Virus record (IMG/VR): IMGVR_UViG_3300046823_000293
Span: 1 to 43,473 of that record
Length of the DNA: 43,473 nt
DNA from: a virus
Taxonomy: Duplodnaviria > Caudoviricetes
Reading direction: 5' to 3' (one strand)
The stretch's first letter is position 1, and every line of letters starts with the position of its first letter. This document shows positions 34,788 to 43,001 of the stretch, piece after piece. The notes beneath the pieces are model-generated. The model was not told where the DNA came from, did no database searches, and was given only the letters and a program-made list of their open reading frames with translations. Position numbers and translations under genes: made by a program.

Positions 34788-35272
34788 TCAGAGAGGGCTG
34801 GTGCGGGCTCGCGGTCCTCGGCGTCTGCGTCGGCTTCAACCTGGCATTGGCAGGGTGCCTCGTCGGGCCGTTCCTCGGGATCCAGTCGCCCGCAGATTTC
34901 GCACGCCTCTGGCTCGTCGGGCGTCTCGCTCTCGATGGCAACGCTCGGTTCTTTCAGGTCGGTGACCGAGACTCCGGCAACCTCGTCGGGAGCGTCCATC
35001 GCGATCACGCGGGCGTCGCGAGTCTCGTAGTCGATGGCGAGGCCGAGGGTGTCGAAGCTGCCGTTGTCCTGCTCGGCGCGGAAGGCGGTGACGTAGAACT
35101 GGCCGCCGACTCGCTCGAGCGTCGAGAGCATCTCCGAGAGAGCCGCGATGGTCGGGAAGTCGGCCTTGTCGGCGAGGGCGGCGGCGGCGCGGTGGGCGGC
35201 TCCATCTCCCGGCACGGAGCCGTTGGCCGCATTCTCGGAGTAGTTGATGTCTCCGAACTTGCGCTTCGCCAT
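34784..35272 (-). CDS. Acidic hypothetical protein with Cys motif
   Basis: Coupled ORF between terL and portal. Confidence 0.7.
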   Translation of the reverse strand: MAKRKFGDINYSENAANGSVPGDGAAHRAAAALADKADFPTIAALSEMLSTLERVGGQFYVTAFRAEQDNGSFDTLGLAIDYETRDARVIAMDAPDEVAGVSVTDLKEPSVAIESETPDEPEACEICGRLDPEERPDEAPCQCQVEADADAEDREPAPALSE

Positions 35273-35550
35273 CAGGACTTGCCTTCCCTAATCCACTGGT
35301 AGAGCTCCGGGTCGGAGGGGTTGGCAAGCTCGTTGGCCTGGTGGCGGGCGACGACCGCTTCCTGCTCGGGGGCGTGGACCTCGGAGCAATGGCGAACGTG
35401 GCGGCCGAACTTCTCGGGCTGGTCGAGCGCGAACTCTGCGCCGCAGCTCAGGCACTTGTTGACCGCGACCCCCTGCTCTCGGTTCCGGGCGACGGAAGGA
35501 GGCAGGATCAGAAAACCTGGGGCTGCGGGCATGAGGAGATGGTCGGCCAT
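35272..35550 (-). CDS. C2H-C zinc-finger-like protein
   Basis: CLSCGAEF.......F.RHV.HC. Confidence 0.7.
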   Translation of the reverse strand: MADHLLMPAAPGFLILPPSVARNREQGVAVNKCLSCGAEFALDQPEKFGRHVRHCSEVHAPEQEAVVARHQANELANPSDPELYQWIREGKS

Positions 35551-35554
35551 TGGC

Positions 35555-35579
35555 GTTAAACGTCTACTAGACGGTTAAC
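35555..35579. promoter_or_regulatory. Operator/promoter motif GTTAAACGTC-TACTA-GACGGTTAAC
   Basis: 9/10 palindrome; ends 4 nt before the ATG at 35550. Confidence 0.8.
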
Positions 35580-35604
35580 AGCATGAGCGTGAGCGGGGAC
35601 GGAA

Positions 35605-37461
35605 TCAGCGCATACGGGTGTCGTAGCTCGCGAGACTGTGCGATTGGGCGACGAAACCGCGCTCTTCGGGACCCTCATCAAGGTCCATGAGCGGTCGCTC
35701 GCGCGCTACTTGCTGGGCGATCATGTACGCCATCAGGAGGTCGTCGTACTTCCCTGGCTCGGCTTCTGTCGAGCCGTTCTCGTTGCGGGTATAGGTGCGA
35801 ATCTCGTTGGCGAGCAGGCGCGACTTGATCCCGTCCTCAGCCTCCTTCAGCAGACCGGCCATCCCTGCGACGAGTTCGGGCTTCGTGCGCTGAGTCGTGT
35901 CGAACCCGAGGCGAAGCTCTAGGGAGTCCTTGGTGCTTTCAGCTTTCCGGGGGCGGTAGATCCGCATGTAGTGGAAGTCGCGGTAGAGGATGCGGATGAT
36001 CGGCCTGCCGAACCCCCCCGTCCGCTCGGGCGCGACCCAGGCTTCGTTGAAATACAGGGCGACCAGCAGAAGGATTCGGGCGACCTCCTCCGGTTCGATC
36101 CGCGATCTGTACTCGGCTACCTGCTCGCGGGTCCGATGGTCGATCACCTGGATCGCGTGGTAGTCGGTTTCGCGGGTCGTTTCCGTATTGCCGCCCGAGA
36201 GGTCAGCCGCGACGATGAACTCTTTGCCGTGTAGGAACTCCTCTCGCTCATGTTCGTCTTGGGGCATCCAGAGGCGGCAGGGAGCGGTCGGGTTCTGAGT
36301 GCCCGATTCGCGGGGAACCCAGAGCGCCTTGTCGGGGACCTGGATGTTGTTCCCTGACCGGTCGACCTGCGGGGCGGTCGACGCCGCCACGAAGTCTCCA
36401 ATCAGCGGGCCGGGGGTTTCTGGGGTCGGCCGCTTCGGGTCTGTGAGTTCGACCCGCACAAGGAGCTGCTGGACGCGGTAGGGATCGAAGACCTTCTGGC
36501 CGGTGGCGATAAACGCCTCCTCGGCCGTGGACGGGTACTCCTGATGGAAGACCCGGACGTCGCCGCCATAGTCGCCCGCGATGACCTGCCGGCGCCAGTG
36601 GAGTTGCTCGAGGCTCAGTTCGTGATGCGCGGCGAGGTCGTGCTCTTCTTCGGCGTAGGGGATGTTCTGGTCCCCGACTTGGAAGGCTTCCTTCTCGGTG
36701 GCGCTGGCGAACGGAAGGGCGTATTCCTCGTCCTTCCACCACGGCCAGAAGAAGGCGATCCAGCCGCTTCGACCCTCGACAGCCTCGTCCCAGCGATCCT
36801 TGAAGGCGTTGTAGCCGTTGGCGGTCGACTCCATGATGAACAGCGTCTCGGGGTCGCTCGGGACTGCCGCCATGAGCGAGGTCAGCTTCGTCTCAATCTG
36901 GTCCCAGAAGGCGACCTCGGAAGCGTGGATCCCGCGGTAGGTCCCGCCTCGGCCAGCCTGGAACTCGCCCGCGGTGTCGACGAGGTAGGTCGAGTCGGGA
37001 TACGCCTCCCCGCGCTGCCAGTTCCCGTCGCCGACGAAGTGCAGGTTCTGGGAGCGGCGGTGCGCGCCGATGGCGGGCTTCAACTCGGCGTCCTCGGGCA
37101 GGTTCGCGTACATCCGCTCGCCCATGCGGTAGAGCTTGCCGCCCGTCTTCTTGTCCTGGGCGACGACCACGGCGTCGAAGCGTTCGCGCAGGGTGCAGCG
37201 GTGGATCAGCTTGCCCTGCGTGTAGGTCGAGAAGCCGAGCTGGCGGGCCTTCAGCACGATCGCTCGCATCGGCTTTCCTGCGGCCCGCTGCGCCTCAAGC
37301 TGTTGGTCTAGCTCGAGCTGCCCCGCTTTCAGCTTGAAGGGGATCAGGTTCCCCTGCTTGTCGACGATCTTGGCGAAGTTCTCGGCCCAGAACGGGAACT
37401 CCTCGATGACCCTCTTACGGACGGCATCGATCTCGGATTTCGGGGCGGAAGTGGCGGCCAT
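35605..37461 (-). CDS. terL: Terminase large subunit
   Basis: Walker A LKARQLGFST, Walker B IHASEVAFW, coupling motif EST, RNase H-like ADLSGG...DDLLMA. Confidence 0.96.
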   Translation of the reverse strand: MAATSAPKSEIDAVRKRVIEEFPFWAENFAKIVDKQGNLIPFKLKAGQLELDQQLEAQRAAGKPMRAIVLKARQLGFSTYTQGKLIHRCTLRERFDAVVVAQDKKTGGKLYRMGERMYANLPEDAELKPAIGAHRRSQNLHFVGDGNWQRGEAYPDSTYLVDTAGEFQAGRGGTYRGIHASEVAFWDQIETKLTSLMAAVPSDPETLFIMESTANGYNAFKDRWDEAVEGRSGWIAFFWPWWKDEEYALPFASATEKEAFQVGDQNIPYAEEEHDLAAHHELSLEQLHWRRQVIAGDYGGDVRVFHQEYPSTAEEAFIATGQKVFDPYRVQQLLVRVELTDPKRPTPETPGPLIGDFVAASTAPQVDRSGNNIQVPDKALWVPRESGTQNPTAPCRLWMPQDEHEREEFLHGKEFIVAADLSGGNTETTRETDYHAIQVIDHRTREQVAEYRSRIEPEEVARILLLVALYFNEAWVAPERTGGFGRPIIRILYRDFHYMRIYRPRKAESTKDSLELRLGFDTTQRTKPELVAGMAGLLKEAEDGIKSRLLANEIRTYTRNENGSTEAEPGKYDDLLMAYMIAQQVARERPLMDLDEGPEERGFVAQSHSLASYDTRMR

Positions 37462-37465
37462 GAGC

Positions 37466-37490
37466 GTTTAGCGTCTACTGGACACTCTAC
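37466..37490. promoter_or_regulatory. Operator/promoter motif GTTTAGCGTC-TACTG-GACACTCTAC
   Basis: Ends 4 nt before the terL ATG. Confidence 0.8.
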
Positions 37491-37548
37491 GTTCACGACT
37501 CCCTGAAAAGCGACAGAGGCTCCCGAAAGGAACCCGAGACGCCCCAAC

Positions 37549-37572
37549 AGCGCCGCCCGATTCGGCGGCGCT
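37549..37572. terminator. Perfect 9-bp GC hairpin between terL and the Rpf gene
   Basis: agcgccgcc-cgattc-ggcggcgct; could be a terminator or a 5' stabiliser. Confidence 0.5.
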
Positions 37573-37589
37573 CACCGACAGGAGACAAC

Positions 37590-38195
37590 GTGAAGCGACT
37601 CGCCCTGGCGGCGGTCGCGGCCCTCGCATTTGCCGTGCTGGCCGCGCCCGCCGTCTCCCAGAACGACAACCCGAAATCTACTCCGACCCCAAAGCGCTGC
37701 CTACCCGGAGCGGTCCGGGCCTACGCCGCGAAGGTCTGGGATCAGACCCGCTGGCGGCGCGGCGATCCGAAGCAGGCAGCGGTCGAGGGATTCCGCGCCC
37801 GCTTGGCCTGCGCGCCGGCCGGATCTCGTTCGCATCTACGCCAGTTCTGGCGATCCCTCCAACGCGACTACTACTCGGCTCGGCGGGTAAGACTCTGGCG
37901 GGCTCGGGTGACGCCGTACTACGGCTGCACATCTAGCGGTGGCTGCCACGCTTGGGCCATCCCGGCCTACATCGTGGAGTGCGAGTCGGGGGGCCGCTAC
38001 AACGACCCCTCCGCCCCCAACGGCGCCTACTCGCTGCTCTCGAACGCTTTGCAGGGCGTCCCAACCTGGGATACGTGGCGACCCGCCTCGGCAGCGGGCG
38101 ATGCCAACCCCTACGAGGCCCCGCCGAAAGCGCAAGACATCGCCGCGCACCGCCTCTGGGTGGCCTACGGCTCCGAACCCTGGGAATGCGCCTGA
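37590..38195 (+). CDS. Secreted Rpf-like (resuscitation-promoting factor) transglycosylase
   Basis: Signal peptide MKRLALAAVAALAFAVLAAPAVS; IVECESGG...GAY....TW...A....Q...A..LW...G..PW.C; AGGAG RBS. Confidence 0.88.
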   Translation: MKRLALAAVAALAFAVLAAPAVSQNDNPKSTPTPKRCLPGAVRAYAAKVWDQTRWRRGDPKQAAVEGFRARLACAPAGSRSHLRQFWRSLQRDYYSARRVRLWRARVTPYYGCTSSGGCHAWAIPAYIVECESGGRYNDPSAPNGAYSLLSNALQGVPTWDTWRPASAAGDANPYEAPPKAQDIAAHRLWVAYGSEPWECA

Positions 38196-38244
38196 CGCGC
38201 TACAGTTCCCGCGTCGTTCAGGGACTCGTCTCTGGATAGACACC

Positions 38245-38281
38245 CCCCAACGGCCCCGGCTCACGCTGGGGTCGTTTGGGT
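38245..38281. terminator. Bidirectional terminator-like hairpin between convergent genes
   Basis: aacggccccggc-tcac-gctggggtcgtt stem with G-U pairs. Confidence 0.65.
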
Positions 38282-38297
38282 TCTGGAACGCGACCGC

Positions 38298-38618
38298 TCA
38301 GGACCTCAACGCCGCCTTCGCCGCCTCCCTGGCTTCTTCGCGGCTGACGACCCGCTCGGCCGTTTTCTGAGGCATCCGTCTGGCGTGATCGCGGACCCGC
38401 CGGTCGTGGTCGGGGCCGGGAATGAACTTCCGGCCATCTGGGGTGGCAGCCGCCACGGTTGGTGCCGCCGGCCTGGGCTGCCCGCAGTCCTCGAGCGCCA
38501 GCTTCCTCAGGTAAGCGCTCACCTTCCGAGCCCCGCCGGCCTTCTCCTGGATCAGCGCCTTCTCAGCAGGGGTGGCCCGCAGCGGGATCAGCTCAGTGCG
38601 GTTGGTCTTTGTGTCCAC
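38298..38618 (-). CDS. Ribbon-helix-helix (MobC/CopG-like) DNA-binding protein, leaderless
   Basis: RTELIPLRATPAEKALIQEKAG...VSAYLRKLAL; TAGGCT 6 nt before the GTG. Confidence 0.8.
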   Translation of the reverse strand: MDTKTNRTELIPLRATPAEKALIQEKAGGARKVSAYLRKLALEDCGQPRPAAPTVAAATPDGRKFIPGPDHDRRVRDHARRMPQKTAERVVSREEAREAAKAALRS

Positions 38619-38660
38619 AACTGGAGCCTAGCGGCGGGTTCGGGGGGTTTGTGTATACAC
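38609..38660. promoter_or_regulatory. Two palindromes (TTGTGTCCACAA, GTGTATACAC) flanking the RHH promoter
   Basis: One overlaps the start codon and one the -35 region; consistent with autorepression. Confidence 0.6.
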
Positions 38661-39011
38661 GATCTGGGGTGCAAATACGTGGGTGAGGGTGGTAATGGGA
38701 CCCGTTGTGGGACTCCGGCGCGCTGCGAGGGGGTGGGCGGTCGGCTAGGCGTGGTCAGGCTGCGGTCTGATGTTGATGATGCCACTCACTCATCGCGCAA
38801 CGTCAATGCTCATGCCATTTGCTTCGCTTGCTGTTGACCACGTTGCTACCTACGTAGGCGTGATCCGTGGTGATCCGTGCGTAGCATCGAGGCATCGTCG
38901 TCTAGTTGATTTGACGGGCACGTAGCGGCTTGATGGTCGTCCTTGCCTAAGCCCGTCCCGTTCTTCCTGGTGTCCGACCTTCGCTGCGCTCCGTGCTCCC
39001 GTGTCTCCGTC

Positions 39012-39524
39012 TTAGAGGATGGGCGTCGGTTGGGGCGGCTCCGAGGCGGCGCTTCGTTCCTGGCCGATCCGAGCAAGGCGCTCTACGGCCGTCTCGTCTC
39101 GCTTTGGGTCGTTGCCGTTTTCGCCCGGTGACGATCCGGGGCGGTTCGCCGCTTTGCGTTCGGTCTTCTCGATGCGGGCCAAAGCTTGGTGAATCCGCGC
39201 TACGACGCCGACCTGGGCGAATGTGATCTTCCCAGGCGGCTGTCGTTCGATGGCGTGAAGTTCGCGGCGCAGCAGCTCGGCCGCAGCGAGTTTCGTGGCG
39301 CCGGCCGTCGCAGTCAGAGTGTCGCGTTGCGTCGTTTCGCGAGCCTGTTGGTCGCGGATCTTCTTCAGGTGATACTGGACGGAGCGGATTCCGATATCGA
39401 CCTCGTAGCCGATCCCGCAGTCGTCCTCTCGGAGGCGGCGCAGCATCTCTTTGGGGCCGACCTCTGCGAGCAGCATCTCCTCGATCGTCTGCCTGACGAG
39501 CTTCGTGTTGTGCTTCCTTGCCAT
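39012..39524 (-). CDS. Terminase small subunit candidate
   Basis: N-terminal HTH-like region (I.IRSVQYHLKK) plus helical oligomerisation region; upstream of terL. Confidence 0.6.
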   Translation of the reverse strand: MARKHNTKLVRQTIEEMLLAEVGPKEMLRRLREDDCGIGYEVDIGIRSVQYHLKKIRDQQARETTQRDTLTATAGATKLAAAELLRRELHAIERQPPGKITFAQVGVVARIHQALARIEKTERKAANRPGSSPGENGNDPKRDETAVERLARIGQERSAASEPPQPTPIL

Positions 39525-39654
39525 CGTGGAAGTGTCGCTTTTTGGGCGGATAGGAAGCGAGGCGGGAAGAAACGGGGCGCTGAGAGGCCGCTGGAGGCTT
39601 TCAACGGAAGTGGCCCTTGTGATCCTTCACGCGGGTTTGTGCCTACAACCGGAT

Positions 39655-40185
39655 TCACGTCAGGTTGCTTTCGATGCGGTCGATCAGCCATCGCTTCCAT
39701 TCGTGGCCTTCTGGGTCGCCGGGTACTCGGTCCTGGAAGTTCAGGGTGCGGTCGCGGGAACGGCAGATGAGCTCGATTGAGTCGAACTTTTCGATGCGGT
39801 TGGTGCCGGTGATCGGTTTTTCAGAGGGCGCGTTGGCTGCGCCGGCGATGGCCTGGAGTAGACCGATGGGGCCGATGTCCTTTTCTTTCAACCGCGGCCG
39901 TAGGTGGCGGAAGTCCTCGACGCTGAACTGCGAGCGGAAGTGGGCGGTCGCGAGCTGCCACCAGGTGTAGACCTGCTCTGCCTCGGCCCAGAGTTTGTGA
40001 TTGCGATCCTCGGCCTCTTGGTTGCGTTCGAGCCGGGTGAGGCGGCCTTTCATCACGCGCAGATCCCGCTCGTATTGGTGGATTACGTCGTCCTTGTTGG
40101 CGCACTCCGGGCAGCCTGCGTAGTCCTCGAACTTGCCTGTGGCGGGATCGACGAGGCGCCAGATTCGTTCGGGCCCGTCGCTCAC
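39655..40185 (-). CDS. Protein resembling the C-terminal domain of phage replication initiators
   Basis: VYTWW......RLKE......LLQAIAGA......KFDSIELICR......F pattern; N-terminal CPEC plus coiled coil. Confidence 0.55.
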   Translation of the reverse strand: MSDGPERIWRLVDPATGKFEDYAGCPECANKDDVIHQYERDLRVMKGRLTRLERNQEAEDRNHKLWAEAEQVYTWWQLATAHFRSQFSVEDFRHLRPRLKEKDIGPIGLLQAIAGAANAPSEKPITGTNRIEKFDSIELICRSRDRTLNFQDRVPGDPEGHEWKRWLIDRIESNLT

Positions 40186-40718
40186 CGGGAAAGAACCTCA
40201 TCAGCGACGGGATCAAGCCACTCGATCAGATGGCGCTGAACCGTTTGGGCGTAGTGTTCGCCAGGCGCGAGGAATAGGAGCAGCGCGGCGGCGTCTTCCG
40301 TATGGATGGAGATTGGCTCCTCTAGGTGCCGACTGCCTTGTCCTCGGCGTCCAGGGAGTCTGCGCGCCCTTTGCTCATCTTCGATTTCTTGCTCTTGGAT
40401 CAACTGGCTAAGCAGCATCTCCTTGGTCACCTTTTGGCCCGCCGGATCGTAGAACTCGCTGTAAGCGAAGGCCCGCACTTGAGCGATCCAGTCGTCAATA
40501 GTCGGGAGTGGAATTTTGAATCGCCTAGCTGCCTCAGCGCGGCCACGTTTTCTTGCGAAGATCAGTACGCGCTCTATTTCCTCTCGTGGATAGGCCCGTT
40601 TCTTGCGGGTCGCGGATGGTTGAGCTGCCCTTTTTGTCGCAGCCCGGTTTGTGTAGCACCCCCGACAGAGTCCTCCCTCCCGGCTACAGGGTTGCCCGCA
40701 CTTACATGCGTATTTCAT
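40182..40718 (-). CDS. Zinc-finger plus HTH DNA-binding protein
   Basis: CKCGQPC.....CRGC; RAYPREE......GRAEAARRFKIPLPTIDDW. Confidence 0.75.
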   Translation of the reverse strand: MKYACKCGQPCSREGGLCRGCYTNRAATKRAAQPSATRKKRAYPREEIERVLIFARKRGRAEAARRFKIPLPTIDDWIAQVRAFAYSEFYDPAGQKVTKEMLLSQLIQEQEIEDEQRARRLPGRRGQGSRHLEEPISIHTEDAAALLLFLAPGEHYAQTVQRHLIEWLDPVADEVLSR

Positions 40719-41020
40719 GCCCGCCCAACCCACTCCCGCGCCAGTTCATCGAGCCGTTTGAGGCGGTCGTCAGGGTTCATGGCGAGGATCTGAGAGAGGC
40801 CCTGGTAGGAGCGGCGCCAACGAGTCGTCAGCTCGCGCTGGTGGCTCAGTTGGTCTTCGAGCTCGAGCACTCGCATTGCGTGGTCGAACGCCTCACCATC
40901 GACCATTTCGAGTGCCTTCAGGGCCTTCTCGATCTCACGCCTGGCGAATCTGAGGTGGCGCGAGGGTTCAACTACTGGCTGGGTAGGCCCAGGGTCCGGC
41001 CTCGAAGCAGCTTCAGACAT
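40715..41020 (-). CDS. Coiled-coil hypothetical protein
   Basis: ATG at 41020; ATGA coupling downstream. Confidence 0.65.
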   Translation of the reverse strand: MSEAASRPDPGPTQPVVEPSRHLRFARREIEKALKALEMVDGEAFDHAMRVLELEDQLSHQRELTTRWRRSYQGLSQILAMNPDDRLKRLDELAREWVGRA

Positions 41021-41380
41021 AGAAAACCCAATGCCCCTTCGTGGAGAGGAGGCTTCTGTCGTCTGGGCCGGGTGGCTTCGGTGAGTCCGTAGCAAACCTC
41101 TGACCGATTTCCGTGAGGAGCGGCGCTACCGGGTTACGAGTCTTCGAGTGCCCCTTCAGGCCGTCTCGGAGGCTCGTTTCTCGTTGTCGAGAAAGTTCCC
41201 GCCGCGCTATGAGGTCCCACCCAGGACGGCGCGGCTGACGCTGCCGTACTAGGTGGTCTGACCCAGGAAGTAAATTGGAAGATGCTTGATCACACTCGGG
41301 ACCATATTTCCCGTCGCAGACGCCACCGCAGGGAATTTCCCCGGTGGCGTTTCGCGTTGTAGGGCCAAGTCCGCCACAGA
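41021..41380. ncRNA. Stem-rich region of about 360 nt: candidate structured RNA or origin element
   Basis: Hairpins at 41033-41053, 41089-41129, 41177-41194, 41201-41235, 41297-41313 and 41320-41350; the overlapping ORF is unconvincing. Confidence 0.4.
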
Positions 41381-41713
41381 TCACGGATGAATGTCCTCAA
41401 GCTGCGCGTGGGATGTCTCGCGGTGCTTGAGTTCAACGACGCAGACCGCGCACTTGCCGTTGCTGCTCCCGACCTCGTAGTAGCCGACGTAGCAGCGCGG
41501 ACAAGTGACCTTGACGCGATGAGGCGGGTTGGCGTCGTAGTGGTCGAGCTCGTCCTTGGCGACCCGTTCGTCTCGGCGCCGCGCAAGCTGCCGCTCAAGT
41601 TCCGGGCTGATGTAGCTCGGGTCCGCGTTGACCTCGATGAACCTCGCCGGCCCGTCTTCTGGGTTGCCCAGGTGGTCGAAGGGTTGGTGCGGGTCGGGGA
41701 CGAGGCGGTTCAA
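41381..41713 (-). CDS. Zinc-ribbon hypothetical protein
   Basis: CPRC...CAVC. Confidence 0.7.
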   Translation of the reverse strand: MNRLVPDPHQPFDHLGNPEDGPARFIEVNADPSYISPELERQLARRRDERVAKDELDHYDANPPHRVKVTCPRCYVGYYEVGSSNGKCAVCVVELKHRETSHAQLEDIHP

Positions 41714-42021
41714 CGGAGCCGCGCCTTCGCCTTAGCCAGCTTCGAGCCCAGATTGAGTTGGGCCTGCTGGTCGTCTTTGTGGCGGATCGAGACTCGGACG
41801 TGCTGCAAGAAGTCGATCTCGCTGGGCGTGAGGTAGATGTGGGTGCCCTTGCCTTCCCTAGATGGTCGTCGGACGCGTTCTCCGGCCTCCTGAGCGGCGT
41901 TCTGGTGTTTCGCGGCCCAGGACTCGCGGCGACAGTTAGCGGAGCAGAAACGCTGATGTGGGCGGCCCTTCGAAAAGGCACGACCGCAGGGTCTGTTCTC
42001 GCAGTAGCCCCAATCGCTCAC
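41710..42021 (-). CDS. CGNR-like zinc-finger protein
   Basis: CENRPCGRAF....HQRFCSANCR. Confidence 0.75.
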   Translation of the reverse strand: MSDWGYCENRPCGRAFSKGRPHQRFCSANCRRESWAAKHQNAAQEAGERVRRPSREGKGTHIYLTPSEIDFLQHVRVSIRHKDDQQAQLNLGSKLAKAKARLR

Positions 42022-42230
42022 CGCTCCATCTCCCGATCCCAGCCCTCGGCTTCGGCAGCGAAGCGTTCCTCGGCCGCCGCCTCTTGCTCGTCAAGGACAG
42101 CGCCGCAGGCTTGGCACCAAACCTCGTCGTCGACCTGGGCATCGCACTCAGGGCAGACGTCGAAGCGCTCGGCCTGATGGAAGTGCGGGTGGCTGTTGTC
42201 GACGCCGGGCGGGTAGTTGCTCAAGGTCAC
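42018..42230 (-). CDS. Zinc-ribbon hypothetical protein
   Basis: SNYPPGV; CPEC...CQACG. Confidence 0.7.
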   Translation of the reverse strand: MTLSNYPPGVDNSHPHFHQAERFDVCPECDAQVDDEVWCQACGAVLDEQEAAAEERFAAEAEGWDREMER

Positions 42231-42430
42231 GGCCTGCCTCCGAAAAACTCGGGGTGTTCGCGGCAGAACTGCACCGCTTCCGCTGCTCTCTCCTCCGGTG
42301 TCCGCTGATTCAGCGCGCGCTGCAAGGGGATGAGCGCAGCCGCTTCACCTCCGTCGTGACTCTGGCGGCGGCTCTTGCGACGTTCTCGGCGACGCTGCTT
42401 CTCGGCCGCGCCCATCTTCTTGCGCTTCAT
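42227..42430 (-). CDS. Small basic hypothetical protein
   Basis: Coupled ORF. Confidence 0.6.
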   Translation of the reverse strand: MKRKKMGAAEKQRRRERRKSRRQSHDGGEAAALIPLQRALNQRTPEERAAEAVQFCREHPEFFGGRP

Positions 42431-42843
42431 GCGGGCCTCAGCACGATCTCGGTGCGGGACCGATCTCCGTAGCGCTTGGCCGCCACGGTTCGGACGATCC
42501 GCGAGTCGTCCTTGAAGGCGTTTTCGTTCAGCGCATCCTCTATGAGCTTCACAAGGTTGGAAAGGTCTGGGCGGCTGATCGGCTCAGGCTTCGCGGAAGG
42601 CAGCAGCTTGTCCGCGTTGCGACCGCTGCCGAAATGCGAGGAGGGGCGCTCGAAGTAGAAATCGACCTCGAGGATCAGCGGCGTGTCCTCGTCGAACCGC
42701 GGTTCTCCGGCCCGCTCCCATGCATCGACAACTGCGCCGATCTGCTTGGAACTCGACGGTGCCAGGTAGCGCCCACCGAACTGGCCGGCGCTGGTCCGCG
42801 ACAAGGCGACAGGCTTCCCGAGGACCCGCAGCGTGATCTCCAT
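42427..42843 (-). CDS. rusA: RusA-family Holliday junction resolvase
   Basis: F.FERP.SH...RPDLSNLVKLIEDALN...FKDDSRIV....KRY. Confidence 0.93.
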   Translation of the reverse strand: MEITLRVLGKPVALSRTSAGQFGGRYLAPSSSKQIGAVVDAWERAGEPRFDEDTPLILEVDFYFERPSSHFGSGRNADKLLPSAKPEPISRPDLSNLVKLIEDALNENAFKDDSRIVRTVAAKRYGDRSRTEIVLRPA

Positions 42844-43001
42844 CAGCGCCGCACCACCTTGCGAGGCGGATGCTTCTCCTCTGCATAGCCGTGGCAGGTT
42901 CCGGCGAAGGGATAGGCGGCGCCGCAGGACGGGCACTTGAAGGGCTCGAAGGTGTTAGCAACTGCTAAACGGTGCGGGGAAAAAAACGCAGGGCCGCTCA
43001 C
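42843..43001 (-). CDS. 52-aa zinc-finger peptide (not in ORF track)
   Basis: GTGA and TGATG coupling; CPSC...C...H. Confidence 0.55.
   Translation of the reverse strand: MSGPAFFSPHRLAVANTFEPFKCPSCGAAYPFAGTCHGYAEEKHPPRKVVRR

Noticed and set aside
41013-41384. 123-aa CDS
   Set aside because: Atypical codon and amino-acid composition and coincidence with dense hairpins; not excluded, since its ends overlap neighbours, but not called.
42980-42986. A7/T7 homopolymer as a phase-variation switch
   Set aside because: Only 7 nt and the frame is intact; no evidence of slippage from sequence alone.
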